From positions 96,001-160,000 of the forward strand of contig CAVXPZ010000001.1 of the NCBI GenBank assembly GCA_963763775.1: 64,000 nt of DNA, written 5' to 3'. Position numbers and translations under genes: made by a program. Source of the DNA: an uncultured Chloroflexia bacterium. GTDB lineage: Bacteria > Chloroflexota > Limnocylindria > Limnocylindrales > CSP1-4. The first letter of the stretch is position 1. Every line of letters starts with the position of its first letter. The notes under the pieces are model-generated. The model was not told the DNA's origin. It did no database searches and saw only the letters and a program-made list of their open reading frames with translations. This document shows positions 42,249 to 52,660 of the stretch, piece by piece.

Positions 42249-43985
42249 ATGACGGCCACGGCAGGCACCCGCGCCGCGAAGACGAAGAAGCGCTTTCCGA
42301 TCCTCGAGGGCGTCCTGCCGATCGACATGCCGCGCCTGCCGACCGAGGTCATCGCGGGGCTGACCCTGGCCGCGCTGGCGATGCCCGAGGTGATGGGCTA
42401 CGCCAAGATCGCCGAGATGCCCGTGGTCCTGGGCCTGTACACGCTGGTCCTGCCGCTGGCTGCCTTCGCGATCTTCGGCTCGTCCCGACACCTCGTGGTC
42501 GGAGCGGACTCGGCGACCGCCGCGGTCCTTGCGACCGGGCTGGCCGGGATCGCCGCCGCCGGAGCACCGGCATCCGCCAGCTGGGTGGCGATGGGGAGCC
42601 TGGCAGCACTCATGTGCGCGGTGTTCATGATCGTGGGCCGGGTCATCCGGCTCGGGTTCATCGCCAACTTCCTGTCGCATAGCGTCCTCATCGGCTTCCT
42701 GACCGGCGTCGGCATCCAGGTGGCGATGGGCCAGGTGGCCGGGATGTTCGGGGTGAGCGACGGCAGCGGTACCACGCTCGAGAAGTTCGGCAACACACTC
42801 AGGGCCATCGGCGCCGGCGACACGAGCGTCCCGACCCTCCTCGTGTCCATCGCGGTCCTCGTGACGATCGTCGGGCTGGAACGGGTGAACAAGAAGATCC
42901 CCGGTGCGCTCATCGCGGTGGTGGGGGCCATCGTCCTGAGCTACGCCTTCGATTTCGCTGCCCGAGGGATCACCACCGTCGGCACCGTCCCAGCCGGCCT
43001 GCCGCCGATCGGCCTGCCGGCCATCTCGGCGGACCAGCTGGTCAGCGACATGACGGCGCTCCTGCCGATCGTCGCCTCGATGTTCGTCCTGATCCTGGCC
43101 CAGAGTGCGGCGACGTCGCGCGCCTACGCCATGAAGTACGGCGACAGTTTCAACGAGAACGTCGATCTCATCGGCCTTGGGCTGGCCAACGCCGCGGCCG
43201 GTATCAGCGGCACGTTCGTCGTGAACGGCTCACCCACCAAGACCGAGATGGTCGACAACGCCGGCGGTCGGAGTCAGCTGGCGACGCTGACCACCGGTGT
43301 CGTCGTGGTGGTCGTGCTGCTCTTCCTCACCTACTGGCTGTCGTTCATGCCGAACGCCGTCCTCGCGGCGGTCGTCTTCCTGATCGGGATCAAACTCGTC
43401 GACTACCTTGGGATGCGCGGCATCTATGGGCTGCGCAGGGATGAGTTCGTCGTGGCGGCGATCACCGCAGCGGTCGTGGTCGTGGTCGGGGTGGAGCAGG
43501 GGATCATCCTCGCGATCATCCTCTCGCTGGTGCTCGTCCTGATGCATGTCTACAGGCCACATGACCACGTCCTGGCATTCAGTCCCGACAGCCAGCCCAC
43601 GATGTCCTCCGTGGCAAAGCCGATCCAGGCTGCCCCAGGACTGATCATCTACGACTTCGGCGCGGAGCTGTTCTACGCGAACGCCACGCGGTTCACCGAA
43701 GAGATCATGGACATCGTCGAGAGCGCCGACCCGCCGATCCGTTGGCTGGCCATCAACGCGGCCGCGATCGGCGACGTGGACTTCTCGGGCGCCGACTCCG
43801 TCCGCCAGATCCAGAACGAGCTCGTTCACCAGAATGCGGCGCTGGTGCTGTGTGCGGTCGATCCTGCTGTTCGCAAGCTGCTTGACGCCTACGGGCTGAC
43901 CGACACGATCGGCGCCGACCACATCTTCGAGCGGCCGATCGACGTGGTGGCGGCGTATTCGAAGCTGGCCCCGGCAGCGGGGTAG
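42249..43985 (+). CDS. SulP-family anion transporter with STAS domain
   Basis: AGLTLAALAMPEVMGYA, FGSSRHL, C-terminal ELFYANA..DVDFSG STAS. Confidence 0.93.
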   Translation: MTATAGTRAAKTKKRFPILEGVLPIDMPRLPTEVIAGLTLAALAMPEVMGYAKIAEMPVVLGLYTLVLPLAAFAIFGSSRHLVVGADSATAAVLATGLAGIAAAGAPASASWVAMGSLAALMCAVFMIVGRVIRLGFIANFLSHSVLIGFLTGVGIQVAMGQVAGMFGVSDGSGTTLEKFGNTLRAIGAGDTSVPTLLVSIAVLVTIVGLERVNKKIPGALIAVVGAIVLSYAFDFAARGITTVGTVPAGLPPIGLPAISADQLVSDMTALLPIVASMFVLILAQSAATSRAYAMKYGDSFNENVDLIGLGLANAAAGISGTFVVNGSPTKTEMVDNAGGRSQLATLTTGVVVVVVLLFLTYWLSFMPNAVLAAVVFLIGIKLVDYLGMRGIYGLRRDEFVVAAITAAVVVVVGVEQGIILAIILSLVLVLMHVYRPHDHVLAFSPDSQPTMSSVAKPIQAAPGLIIYDFGAELFYANATRFTEEIMDIVESADPPIRWLAINAAAIGDVDFSGADSVRQIQNELVHQNAALVLCAVDPAVRKLLDAYGLTDTIGADHIFERPIDVVAAYSKLAPAAG

Positions 43986-44013
43986 CGCCGGTCGTCTTCG
44001 ATGGAGGATCCCG

Positions 44014-45363
44014 ATGGCCATGCTACTGACCCGTGAGGAGCGCGCCAAGCTGGGACAAGCCGCCCGAACCCGGGTCCCGGCCGCCGAGCACCGGACCTGG
44101 GCGCCGGCTCCCGGCCGAGCCGATCCGATCGCCCTCCTTGAGGAGCAGGCCAAGACCCGTGTGCCGGAGCTGGTCCCGATCCGCTACGGTCGGATGGCCG
44201 ACTCGCCCTTCACGTTCTTCCGTGGTGCCGCGCTGCCGATGGCCGCCGACCTGTCGGTGACACCGGTGAGCGGCCTGACCGTCCAGGCCTGTGGCGACGC
44301 GCACCTTTCGAACTTCGGGCTGTTCGCCTCGCCCGAGCGGAACCTGCTGTTCGACATCAACGACTTCGACGAGACGCTGCCCGGCCCGTGGGAGTGGGAT
44401 CTCAAACGGCTCGCCGCAAGCTTGGTGGTCGCCGGGCGCCAACTCGGCTTCGACGCGGTCACGAACGCCCACACCGTCCATGCGGCTGTTCACAGTTATC
44501 GCGCGCGGATGGCCGCGTTCGCCGAGATGTCCGCGCTCGAGGTCTTCTACGCACGCGTCGATGTCGAAGCGATCACCGGATTCGTCAACAAGCGCGCGCG
44601 GCCGTTCCTCGAGTCGACCGTCCGCTCGTCATCCAGGCACGACAGCCTGCACGAGCTTCCCAAGCTGACGGAGATCGGGCCGGATGGCCAGCGGCGGATC
44701 CGCGATCGGCCGCCGGTCCTCGTCCATCGACCCGACATGACCGATCAGGCGATGAAGCTCGGGCTGGCGGCCTACCGCGAGTCGCTCCTGATGGACCGAC
44801 GGGCGTTGTTCGACCGCTACCAATTCGTCGATCTCGCGCTCAAGGTGGTCGGCGTCGGGAGCGTCGGTCTGGCAGCGATCGTGGTGCTGCTCGACGAGGG
44901 CGCCGACGAGGACCCCGTCTTCCTCCAGATCAAGGAGGCCGAGGCGTCCGTCCTGGAGCGGTTCCTGGGCTCGAGCGCGTATCCCACGAGCGGCGAGCGC
45001 GTGGTGTCCGGCCAGCGGCTCCTCCAGGCGGCCGGTGATGTCCTCCTCGGCTGGGCCGTCGGACCGGGGGGACGGCACTTCTACATCCGACAGCTCCAGG
45101 ACCAGAAGGGGAGCGCGGTCGTCGAGGCGATGACGCATCACGACCTGGTCGCGTGGGGTCGTCTGTGCGGCTGGGCGCTGGCTCGAGGTCACGCGCGGTC
45201 CGGGGATCCGGTGGCCATCGCCGGCTACCTGGGCGACGACAACGCGGTCGACCATGCCCTGGCCGACTTCGCCGCGGCCTACGCGGATCAGAACGAGAAG
45301 GACCATGCGGCGTTGGTCGCCGCCATCAAGTCAGGCCGGATCACGGCCACGACCGGCACCTAG
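44014..45363 (+). CDS. DUF2252 family protein (kinase-like fold)
   Basis: RYGRMADSPFTFFRG, CGDAHLSNFG, FDINDFDE, KVVGVGSVG. Confidence 0.9.
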   Translation: MAMLLTREERAKLGQAARTRVPAAEHRTWAPAPGRADPIALLEEQAKTRVPELVPIRYGRMADSPFTFFRGAALPMAADLSVTPVSGLTVQACGDAHLSNFGLFASPERNLLFDINDFDETLPGPWEWDLKRLAASLVVAGRQLGFDAVTNAHTVHAAVHSYRARMAAFAEMSALEVFYARVDVEAITGFVNKRARPFLESTVRSSSRHDSLHELPKLTEIGPDGQRRIRDRPPVLVHRPDMTDQAMKLGLAAYRESLLMDRRALFDRYQFVDLALKVVGVGSVGLAAIVVLLDEGADEDPVFLQIKEAEASVLERFLGSSAYPTSGERVVSGQRLLQAAGDVLLGWAVGPGGRHFYIRQLQDQKGSAVVEAMTHHDLVAWGRLCGWALARGHARSGDPVAIAGYLGDDNAVDHALADFAAAYADQNEKDHAALVAAIKSGRITATTGT

Positions 45364-45442
45364 GTCCCGCCGTGACCGTTCATCGCCCGGTGTCCGTGGC
45401 TCGCGCGTCACCGTCTGCCTCTCGTGCCGTACCGTGACCTCG

Positions 45443-46858
45443 ATGGACCTCGCTGACTCGTCCACCCCGGTCGCGACGACGACCGACGGCCCGCCCGCGT
45501 TCCACCTGCTGGCCAAGCCGACGGGGGCGACCTGCAACCTCGACTGCGAGTACTGCTTCTTCCTGTCGAAGGAGATGCTCTATCCGGGCAGCCGGTTCAG
45601 GATGGCCGACGAGCTGCTCGAGACCTACATCCGCCAGCTCATCGAGGCGCAGCGGGCGCCGTACGTCGCGATCGCCTGGCAGGGCGGCGAGCCGACCCTC
45701 ATGGGCGCCGATTTCTTCCGACGCGCCCACGCGTACGTCGAGAAGCACCGACGACCCGGCATGCAGGTCGAGTACACGATCCAGACCAACGGCACGCTCA
45801 TCGACGACGAGCTGGCGGCATTGTTCAAGGAGCACGACTACCTCGTCGGGATCAGCATCGACGGACCACCTGCGATGCACGATGCGTACCGCGTCGACCG
45901 CGGCGGTGCTCCGACGTCGGAGCGAGTCCTGCGCGGGCTCGCGATGCTGGAGAAGCACGGCGTCGAGTTCAACACCCTGACCACGCTCCATCGGGCGAAC
46001 GCCGACCACCCGCTCGAGGTCTATCGGTATCTGCGAGACGAGCTCGGCTCACGCTACCTCCAGTTCATCCCGATCATCGAGCGGCTGCCGACACCACGGA
46101 TCGACGTGACCCTCGACCAGATCGAGCTCTCGCCCGGACTCGCCCGCGAGGCGCCGTGGCGGTCCTGGCGCGACCGTCCGCTCTATCGCCAGGAGGGGAC
46201 GCTCGTCACCGATCGCTCGGTCACTGCCGACCAGTACGGCACGTTCCTCAACACGGTCTTCGACGAGTGGGTCCGCCGCGACATCGGCACCGTCTACGTC
46301 CAGATGTTCGACGTCGCGCTGGCCAATTGGCACGGCGAGCCGGGCGGGCTGTGCGTCTTCCAGCCGACGTGCGGCGGCGCGCTGGCGATGGAGCACAACG
46401 GCGACGTGTACTCGTGCGACCACTTCGTCGAAGAGGGCCACATGCTCGGCAACATCACCGAGACGCCGATGGCCGACCTGGTCGCGTCACCCGCCCAGCG
46501 CAGGTTCGGTCAGGACAAGCTCGACGCGCTGCCGCAGTTCTGCCTCGACTGTGACGTCCGCTTCGCGTGCCACGGCGCCTGCCCCAAGGACCGCTTCATC
46601 CGGACGCCGGATGGCGAGCCCGGGCTCAACTACCTGTGCCGCGGCTACAAGGCCTTCTTCCACCACGTCGACGAGCCGATGCGGGCGATGTCGGCGCTCC
46701 TCCGACAGGGCCGGGCGCCCTCGGAGCTGATGGCCGTCTACGCCGCGCGCGACGCGGATCTCCGGGCCGCCGTCGTGCGAGCCGGGCGGAACGATCCATG
46801 CCCCTGCGGCAGCGGCCGCAAAGTCAAGCACTGCCACGGGGCGAGCAACGTCGGCTGA
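45443..46858 (+). CDS. Anaerobic sulfatase maturase (radical SAM/SPASM) with C-terminal SEC-C motif
   Basis: KPTGATCNLDCEYCF, WQGGEP, YSCDH, CHGACPKDR, NYLCRGY, GRNDPCPCGSGRKVKHCH. Confidence 0.93.
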   Translation: MDLADSSTPVATTTDGPPAFHLLAKPTGATCNLDCEYCFFLSKEMLYPGSRFRMADELLETYIRQLIEAQRAPYVAIAWQGGEPTLMGADFFRRAHAYVEKHRRPGMQVEYTIQTNGTLIDDELAALFKEHDYLVGISIDGPPAMHDAYRVDRGGAPTSERVLRGLAMLEKHGVEFNTLTTLHRANADHPLEVYRYLRDELGSRYLQFIPIIERLPTPRIDVTLDQIELSPGLAREAPWRSWRDRPLYRQEGTLVTDRSVTADQYGTFLNTVFDEWVRRDIGTVYVQMFDVALANWHGEPGGLCVFQPTCGGALAMEHNGDVYSCDHFVEEGHMLGNITETPMADLVASPAQRRFGQDKLDALPQFCLDCDVRFACHGACPKDRFIRTPDGEPGLNYLCRGYKAFFHHVDEPMRAMSALLRQGRAPSELMAVYAARDADLRAAVVRAGRNDPCPCGSGRKVKHCHGASNVG

Positions 46859-46927
46859 GGGCGTTCGGAGGCCGCACGTCGACGCCTGCGGGCGGCTCGA
46901 GGTGGAGCCGATCGGCCGGGTGGTGGT

Positions 46928-46956
46928 CGCCCCGGGTCCGGTGGGGGACCCGGGGC
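46928..46956. terminator. Stem-loop between convergent genes
   Basis: Perfect 12-bp stem CGCCCCGGGTCC/GGACCCGGGGCG. Confidence 0.55.
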
Positions 46957-46974
46957 GGCTGGGTACTGGTTCGG

Positions 46975-47478
46975 TCAGGCGACCGGTGCGGGAGCCTCGG
47001 CCTCGGGGGTCGCCTCGGCCACGGCGGCCAGGGCCTCATCGGAGACGTCGTGGGCTTCCACGTCGCCACCGAGTTCGGTGAGCTTGCCGGCGACGGCGCC
47101 GGCTTCACCGGTCGGGACGAGGACGCCGACGGCCGCCTTGCCGCCGGTCAGTTCCGCACCGATCCGGGTGCTGTCCTCGTCGGTGAGGCCGAGTCCCTTG
47201 TGATGGAAGGCGCCGAGGATGCCGCCACCGACCACGCCGGCGAGCAAGGTCGGCGGGGCGACGACGGCCAGCACGAGGCCGATGCCGGCGCCCTTCTTGG
47301 TGCTCCGCTGGCCCATCTTGTGCGTCTTGAGCGATCCGTTGTCGTCGAGCACGAGGACGCCGATCGCGCCGAGCTTGACGTCATTGCTCGCCTGGTCCCA
47401 CGTCTTGAGGGCGTCGACCGCCGCGTCGGCGGCCGCCTCGTCCGCGAAGATCCCGAGGACCATCTGATTCTCAGCCAT
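46975..47478 (-). CDS. DUF1269-like protein
   Basis: F.DEAAADAAVDAL, GAGIG..APP..GGGILGA glycine zipper. Confidence 0.75.
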   Translation of the reverse strand: MAENQMVLGIFADEAAADAAVDALKTWDQASNDVKLGAIGVLVLDDNGSLKTHKMGQRSTKKGAGIGLVLAVVAPPTLLAGVVGGGILGAFHHKGLGLTDEDSTRIGAELTGGKAAVGVLVPTGEAGAVAGKLTELGGDVEAHDVSDEALAAVAEATPEAEAPAPVA

Positions 47479-47535
47479 GTCGTGTCTCCCTCGATGCTCG
47501 ATGGGTACGCGCTCCCGACCAGCGGTCGGAGGCGC

Positions 47536-47691
47536 TCAGATCCGGCGGCGACCGGGCGTGACGGCAGCACCGACGACGGCGGCCTTGGCGACCGGCGACG
47601 GGCCGGGCTTGACGGCCGCGGTCACGACGGCGGCCTTGGCGACGGGAGCGCCGATGACGCCGACTCCCCGGCGACCTGGTCCGAGCGGCAT
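47536..47691 (-). CDS. Unannotated 51-aa peptide with a tandem PVAKAAVVxAAV repeat
   Basis: MPLGPGRRGVGVIGAPVAKAAVVTAAVKPGPSPVAKAAVVGAAVTPGRRRI*; AGGAG RBS; GC3-rich. Confidence 0.75.
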   Translation of the reverse strand: MPLGPGRRGVGVIGAPVAKAAVVTAAVKPGPSPVAKAAVVGAAVTPGRRRI

Positions 47692-47692
47692 G

Positions 47693-48161
47693 TCAGACTC
47701 CTGACTGGTTCGAGCGCCGCGTCAGCCTCGTCGGCCTCGATGGCGGCGATGAGGGCCTGGACGGGGATGCGACCGTTGGCGATGAGCTGACCGCCGGCCC
47801 GGCGCATGGCCGATGCGAATGGCGCGGCCCACAGGTTCTCGTACACGAGAACGCCGGCAGCACTACCTGGATCCATCGCTGCGGCGAGGTGCACGACGTC
47901 GTCCTCGGCCAAGGTCTGGGCGAGTTCGGCCTCGATCCGTTGGATCGCTCCGAGCTCGGGCAGATCGGAGAGTTCCATCGCCTCGACCGAGCCATCCGCG
48001 TCCTTGATCAGGACGAGGATGTCCATGATCCGGATGATCCCGGCGTCATGGAGGCGCAGCAGTTCATCCGCGCCCTCGCCGGTGAAGTCCTGCTGCCCTG
48101 CGGGGAACTCGACGATCAGGTAGTCGACGGGCCCAAGCTCGTCGAGCGATCGATCTTCCAT
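47693..48161 (-). CDS. DUF6325-family protein (in-frame stop at 47622; true stop may be 47693 if there is a frameshift)
   Basis: LGPVDYLIVEFP, PGSAAGVLVYENLWA, GRIP. Confidence 0.8.
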
Positions 48162-48208
48162 GGTGCGACTCCGATTCGCTTCTCGGCCGTTGTGCCAGTG
48201 CCCGCTGG

Positions 48209-48592
48209 TCACTCCTCGACGAGGCCGAACGCCTTCTTGACCGAGGCGCGGTTCAGGTACCAGAGGAGGAGGAACGGGAAGACCGTGGATGCCAGGGCGT
48301 AGCTCAGGTTGCCGGTCCCCAGGAGCGCGAAGATCGCCTCGATGATCCCGAGGATCGCCAGGAAGTGGCCGAGCATCCAGCCCCACGGCTCGAGGCGCCA
48401 GGCGGCAAAGCCACCGGCCCAGAAGGCCAGACCGGTCAGCACGATCAGCCAACCCCAGAGCCAGGTGCCCTGACCGCTTGGCAGCGGTCCGAAGGTGACG
48501 GCGGTCGTCATCTGGAAGCCGAGCATCATGTAGCTGAGCCCGGCCGCCGCGAAGATGATCGCGAGCACGGTGATGCCGATGGGTCGTTTCAC
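48209..48592 (-). CDS. Four-TM membrane protein
   Basis: RPIGITVLAII, WRLEPWGW, YLNRASVKKAF; AGGAGAGG RBS. Confidence 0.8.
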   Translation of the reverse strand: MKRPIGITVLAIIFAAAGLSYMMLGFQMTTAVTFGPLPSGQGTWLWGWLIVLTGLAFWAGGFAAWRLEPWGWMLGHFLAILGIIEAIFALLGTGNLSYALASTVFPFLLLWYLNRASVKKAFGLVEE

Positions 48593-48678
48593 GTTCCCTC
48601 TCCTCCTACAGGTCTGCCGCAGTCGAGCCGGAGCGGACATTCCCTTGGCAAGACCGTAGCGGCGACGTCGGGGCACGG

Positions 48679-48699
48679 CATCAGCCGCCTCGGGTGATA
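48679..48699 (-). promoter_or_regulatory. Regulon box 2 (upstream of the 48592 operon)
   Basis: Minus strand TATCACCCGAGGCGGCTGATG. Confidence 0.7.
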
Positions 48700-48733
48700 A
48701 GTGCTCCCCGCGACGTCCCATGCACGCCCGGCG

Positions 48734-48754
48734 TTTCAGGTCGATAGGGTGATG
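48734..48754 (+). promoter_or_regulatory. Regulon box 3 (upstream of the arylsulfatase)
   Basis: TTTCAGGTCGATAGGGTGATG. Confidence 0.65.
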
Positions 48755-48935
48755 TCCGACGCCGGGTGAGCCGGATACTCGTCCTATCGATCCCATGCGC
48801 AGATCGAAGGGCGCACGGCATCCGGGTCAGCCGTCGCCGCCGACGGGAACCCCGGCTCCTGCCGATGCCGCTTCGTCGAGACTGGCACCGGCGACGCGGT
48901 CCCGGGTCCAGACGACCAAGGAGGAGATCGCAGTC

Positions 48936-51341
48936 ATGCCCGTCGTCGATCGCAGTCACCTGCCCATCCGGCGCCCGTCGTTCGCGGGAGTCGTCAATCG
49001 GACGCTTGCTGGATCGCAGCCAGACTGGAACCTCATCGGGCACCCGTCGCCGCCCGACGGCGCGCCGAACGTCCTGCTCGTCCTGATCGACGACGCCGGC
49101 TTCGGGAACCCCAGCACCTTCGGCGGCCCGATCCAGACACCGAACTACACGCGGATGGCCGAGGGAGGCGTCCGGTACAACCGCTTCCATGTGACGGCGA
49201 TCTGCTCCCCCACACGGGCGGCGCTGCTCACGGGTCGCAACAGTCACGCGGTCGGCTTCGGGTCCGTGGGCGAGTTCGCGGGAGGCTACCCGGGCTATTC
49301 CGCCACCCTGCCCCGTGATTGCGCGCCGCTGCCGCGGATCCTGCGGGACAACGGCTACAACACGGCCGCGTTCGGCAAGTGGCATCTGACGCCTGACGGG
49401 CAGCAGGGACCAGGGGGACCGTTCGACCGGTGGCCGACGGGATGGGGCTTCGAGTACTTCTACGGCTTCCTCGGCGGTGGCGCCGGGCAGTGGGACACCG
49501 TCCTCGCCGAGAACCAGAAGATCATCGGGGTCGACCCCGCCTACGGCGACGAGGAGCACCCGTACTACCTGCCCGATGCCATGGCCGACAAGACCATCGA
49601 GTGGCTGCACGGGATCCGGGCACAGGACGCCAAGAAGCCGTTCTTCGCCTTCTTCTCGACCGGCTGTAGCCATGCCCCCCACCATGTCGCCGAGTCATGG
49701 GCGGCCAAGTACAAGGGCAAGTTCGATCAGGGCTGGGACCGCCTGCGTGAGGAGACGTTCGCCCGACAGCAGGCGCTCGGCGTGGTGCCCCCCGATGCGG
49801 AGCTGACGCCGCGCAACGAAGCGTTCCCGGCCTGGGACAGCGTTCCAGACCAGCTCAAGGCGTTCTACTCCCGCCAGATGGAGGTCTACGCCGGCTTCTC
49901 CGAGAACGCCGACCACAACGTCGGACGGGTGATCGATGCCATCGATGAGCTGGGCGAGCTCGACAACACCCTGGTCATCTGGATCTGGGGCGACAACGGC
50001 GCCAGCATGGAGGGCACCGTCACCGGCTCATTCAACGAGCTGACGATGCAGAACGGCATCCCCTTGACCGACGAGATGCAGCTCCAGCTGTCCGAGCGGT
50101 ATGGCGGCACGGACGCCTGGGGTGCCGAGATCATGGCACCGCACTACGGCGCGGCCTGGGCATGGGCCGGCAACACCCCCTTCCAGTGGGGCAAGCAGGT
50201 CGGCTCGCACCTGGGCGGGACCCGCAACCCGATGGTCATCCATTGGCCGGACAGCGTCCCCTCGGGTGGCGGGCTCAGAACGCAGTTCACCCACGTCATC
50301 GACATCGCGCCGACCATCCTCGACATCGCCGGGATCCCGGCGCCGACGACCGTCGACGGCATCGACCAGCGACCGCTCCACGGGGTCGCCTTCACGGACA
50401 GCCTGACGATGCCAGACGCGCCGGAGCGGCACACGCAGCAGTACTTCGAGTCGGTCGGCAACCGGTCCATGTACAAGGACGGTTGGTGGCTGTCCATGCG
50501 GACGGCGCGCATCCCGTGGGTCCTCACACCACAGGCGATCATGCCCTACGCGCCCGGCGTCTGGGATCCGGACAAGGACCCGACCGAGCTGTACTACCTG
50601 CCCGACGACTTCAGCCAGGCGCACGACCTGGCGGCCGAGCGCCCAGAGAAGGTGGCTGAGCTCAGGGAGCTGTTCTGGCAGGAGGCCGAGCAGTACCAGG
50701 TGCTCCCGCTCCTGGCCACCCTCTCGTCGTTCTTCGGTCAGCTGCCCCCGATGCCCGAGACCACCAAGCTCGAGTTCCGGGGCGATGTCCAGAACGTGCT
50801 GTCGGGCATGATCCCGCGCGTCTACAACCACTCCTACACGATCAGCGCGGACCTCGTCGTCCCCGCGGACGGCGTCGAGGGCGTGATCGTCGCCGAGGCC
50901 GACCACCTCGGCGGGTTCTCACTCTTCGTCCAGGACGGGAAGCTGACGCACACCTACTCGATGATGGGCGTCTTCATCTTCCGCCAGCAGGCCACCGAGC
51001 CGCTGCCGACAGGTGACGTCAACGTGCGGATGGAGTTCGCGGCCGACGCGCCAAAGCCGGCGACCGGCGGCCAGGTGACCCTCTACGTCAATGACCAGGA
51101 GGTCGGCGGAGGTCGGATGGACCACACCGTCCCGATGCGCTTCTCCGGCTACGCCGGCATGGACATCGGCCGCGACAACGGTGGCGTGGTGGACCGGAGC
51201 TACGCCGCGAAGGCGCCGTTCCCCTTCACGGGCACCGTCAAGAAGGTCGTCTTCGACATCAAGCCACACCTCGATCACGAGGAGGCCGAGTTGCACGAGG
51301 CCACGAAGAACGCCGACGTCGCCCACGCGCTGAGCGCCTGA
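48936..51341 (+). CDS. Cys-type arylsulfatase (mycobacterial AtsD-like, cytoplasmic)
   Basis: PNVLLVLIDD, CSPTRAALLTGR, FGKWHL, GDNG; AAGGAGGAG RBS. Confidence 0.95.
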   Translation: MPVVDRSHLPIRRPSFAGVVNRTLAGSQPDWNLIGHPSPPDGAPNVLLVLIDDAGFGNPSTFGGPIQTPNYTRMAEGGVRYNRFHVTAICSPTRAALLTGRNSHAVGFGSVGEFAGGYPGYSATLPRDCAPLPRILRDNGYNTAAFGKWHLTPDGQQGPGGPFDRWPTGWGFEYFYGFLGGGAGQWDTVLAENQKIIGVDPAYGDEEHPYYLPDAMADKTIEWLHGIRAQDAKKPFFAFFSTGCSHAPHHVAESWAAKYKGKFDQGWDRLREETFARQQALGVVPPDAELTPRNEAFPAWDSVPDQLKAFYSRQMEVYAGFSENADHNVGRVIDAIDELGELDNTLVIWIWGDNGASMEGTVTGSFNELTMQNGIPLTDEMQLQLSERYGGTDAWGAEIMAPHYGAAWAWAGNTPFQWGKQVGSHLGGTRNPMVIHWPDSVPSGGGLRTQFTHVIDIAPTILDIAGIPAPTTVDGIDQRPLHGVAFTDSLTMPDAPERHTQQYFESVGNRSMYKDGWWLSMRTARIPWVLTPQAIMPYAPGVWDPDKDPTELYYLPDDFSQAHDLAAERPEKVAELRELFWQEAEQYQVLPLLATLSSFFGQLPPMPETTKLEFRGDVQNVLSGMIPRVYNHSYTISADLVVPADGVEGVIVAEADHLGGFSLFVQDGKLTHTYSMMGVFIFRQQATEPLPTGDVNVRMEFAADAPKPATGGQVTLYVNDQEVGGGRMDHTVPMRFSGYAGMDIGRDNGGVVDRSYAAKAPFPFTGTVKKVVFDIKPHLDHEEAELHEATKNADVAHALSA

Positions 51342-51367
51342 TCCGAATCACCAGTGGAGACAGTGGC

Positions 51368-51874
51368 ATGAGCAAGGAAGAGACCATCGACGTCCTGATG
51401 GCCGGGTACCTCTCGAAGGACGCGGCGCAGGATGACTTCGACGCGGTCAACGCGTCAGGCGCGGACCTGATCGGTCTGGTCATCCTCGACAAGGACCTCG
51501 AAGGCACCGTTTCGATCGATGTCGAGGACCACGCGGTCCGCACGGGCGCGAAGAAGCTCGGAGGCGTCGGCTTCATCGTCGGCCTGTTCGCGCCACCGCT
51601 CCTCGCCGCGACGGCAGCCGGCGCCGTGATCGGAGCCGGGGTCGGCAAGGTCGCGCATCGCAAGATCGAGGCCGGGATCAAAGCGTCGGCTGAGGGGTCG
51701 ATCCCGATCGGCGGCGCCGCGCTCATCGCGGTGTACCACCCCGGCTCGTCCGCGGCCATCGAGGCGGCCGTCACACGGGCGATCAAGCGCAGCAACGGCG
51801 AGGCCACCGGCCCGCACAAGACCGCGTTGAAGGCGGCGATGGCGGACGCCCAGGCGAAGATGAACGCCGGGTGA
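51368..51874 (+). CDS. DUF1269-like protein
   Basis: GGVGFIVGLFAPPLLAATAAGAVIGAGVG. Confidence 0.75.
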   Translation: MSKEETIDVLMAGYLSKDAAQDDFDAVNASGADLIGLVILDKDLEGTVSIDVEDHAVRTGAKKLGGVGFIVGLFAPPLLAATAAGAVIGAGVGKVAHRKIEAGIKASAEGSIPIGGAALIAVYHPGSSAAIEAAVTRAIKRSNGEATGPHKTALKAAMADAQAKMNAG

Positions 51875-51934
51875 GGTCGACCTCGCTGGAGGCGGCGGCA
51901 CCGTAGGACCCGGACGCGCGCGGCGCCCGGGAGG

Positions 51935-52660
51935 ATGAGGGTGGAGATGCAGCCGAAGCCCCGGGTGCTCGTCGTGTACTACACGTTCAGCAAGCAGACC
52001 GAGCGCGTCGCCGAGGTCATCGCGACGACGCTCGAAGGCCGTGGCGCCGACGTGACCAGGGCACGCATCGAGCTCACGGACAAGCGCTGGGCGAAGCGGT
52101 TCGAACGGGTCCCGATGCGGTTCCCGCTGCTCAAGATCGTGGGCATGCTCCCGGCCCAGATCCGGCAGGCGACGGGTGAGATCGCCGTCCCGCCCGAAGC
52201 GCAGGAGGGCGACTACGACCTCGTCATCGTCGGGTCTCCGACCTGGTGGTTCCGGGTGAGCCTGCCGATCCGGTCCTATCTCAAGTCACCGGCCACGAGG
52301 AAGGTCCTCGACGGGAAGCCGTTCGCCGCCTTTTCCACATCCCGCCGGTACTGGCACTCGAACGTCGGCGACATCCGGCGGTTCGGCGAAGCCGCTGGCG
52401 GCAGGTGGATCGACGAAACGCATTTCGTGGCCAAGGGCAACCAGGTCCAGTCGATGCTCTCCTGGCTCAGCTTCATGTCCGGGTTCACCTACTTCAACAA
52501 GCTGCTGCGTCTGCCGCCGACCAACCTTCAGCCCGGCTTCGAGTCGCAGGCGCGCCAGTTCGCTGAGGGCCTGGCCGACCAGACCCTCGGTGCGTTCGCG
52601 GCAGCATCTTCCGAGCGCACCGAGCATCGCGGAACGCGACCACCGGAGGCACAAGAGTGA
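51935..52660 (+). CDS. Flavodoxin-like protein
   Basis: VLVVYYTFSKQTERVA, YDLVIVGSPTWW. Confidence 0.8.
   Translation: MRVEMQPKPRVLVVYYTFSKQTERVAEVIATTLEGRGADVTRARIELTDKRWAKRFERVPMRFPLLKIVGMLPAQIRQATGEIAVPPEAQEGDYDLVIVGSPTWWFRVSLPIRSYLKSPATRKVLDGKPFAAFSTSRRYWHSNVGDIRRFGEAAGGRWIDETHFVAKGNQVQSMLSWLSFMSGFTYFNKLLRLPPTNLQPGFESQARQFAEGLADQTLGAFAAASSERTEHRGTRPPEAQE

Noticed and set aside
45443-47691. Radical SAM/SPASM enzyme plus 51-aa peptide as a RiPP cluster
   Set aside because: The enzyme has anSME signatures and a Cys-type sulfatase substrate nearby; the peptide has no Cys or aromatic residues and is in a convergent operon
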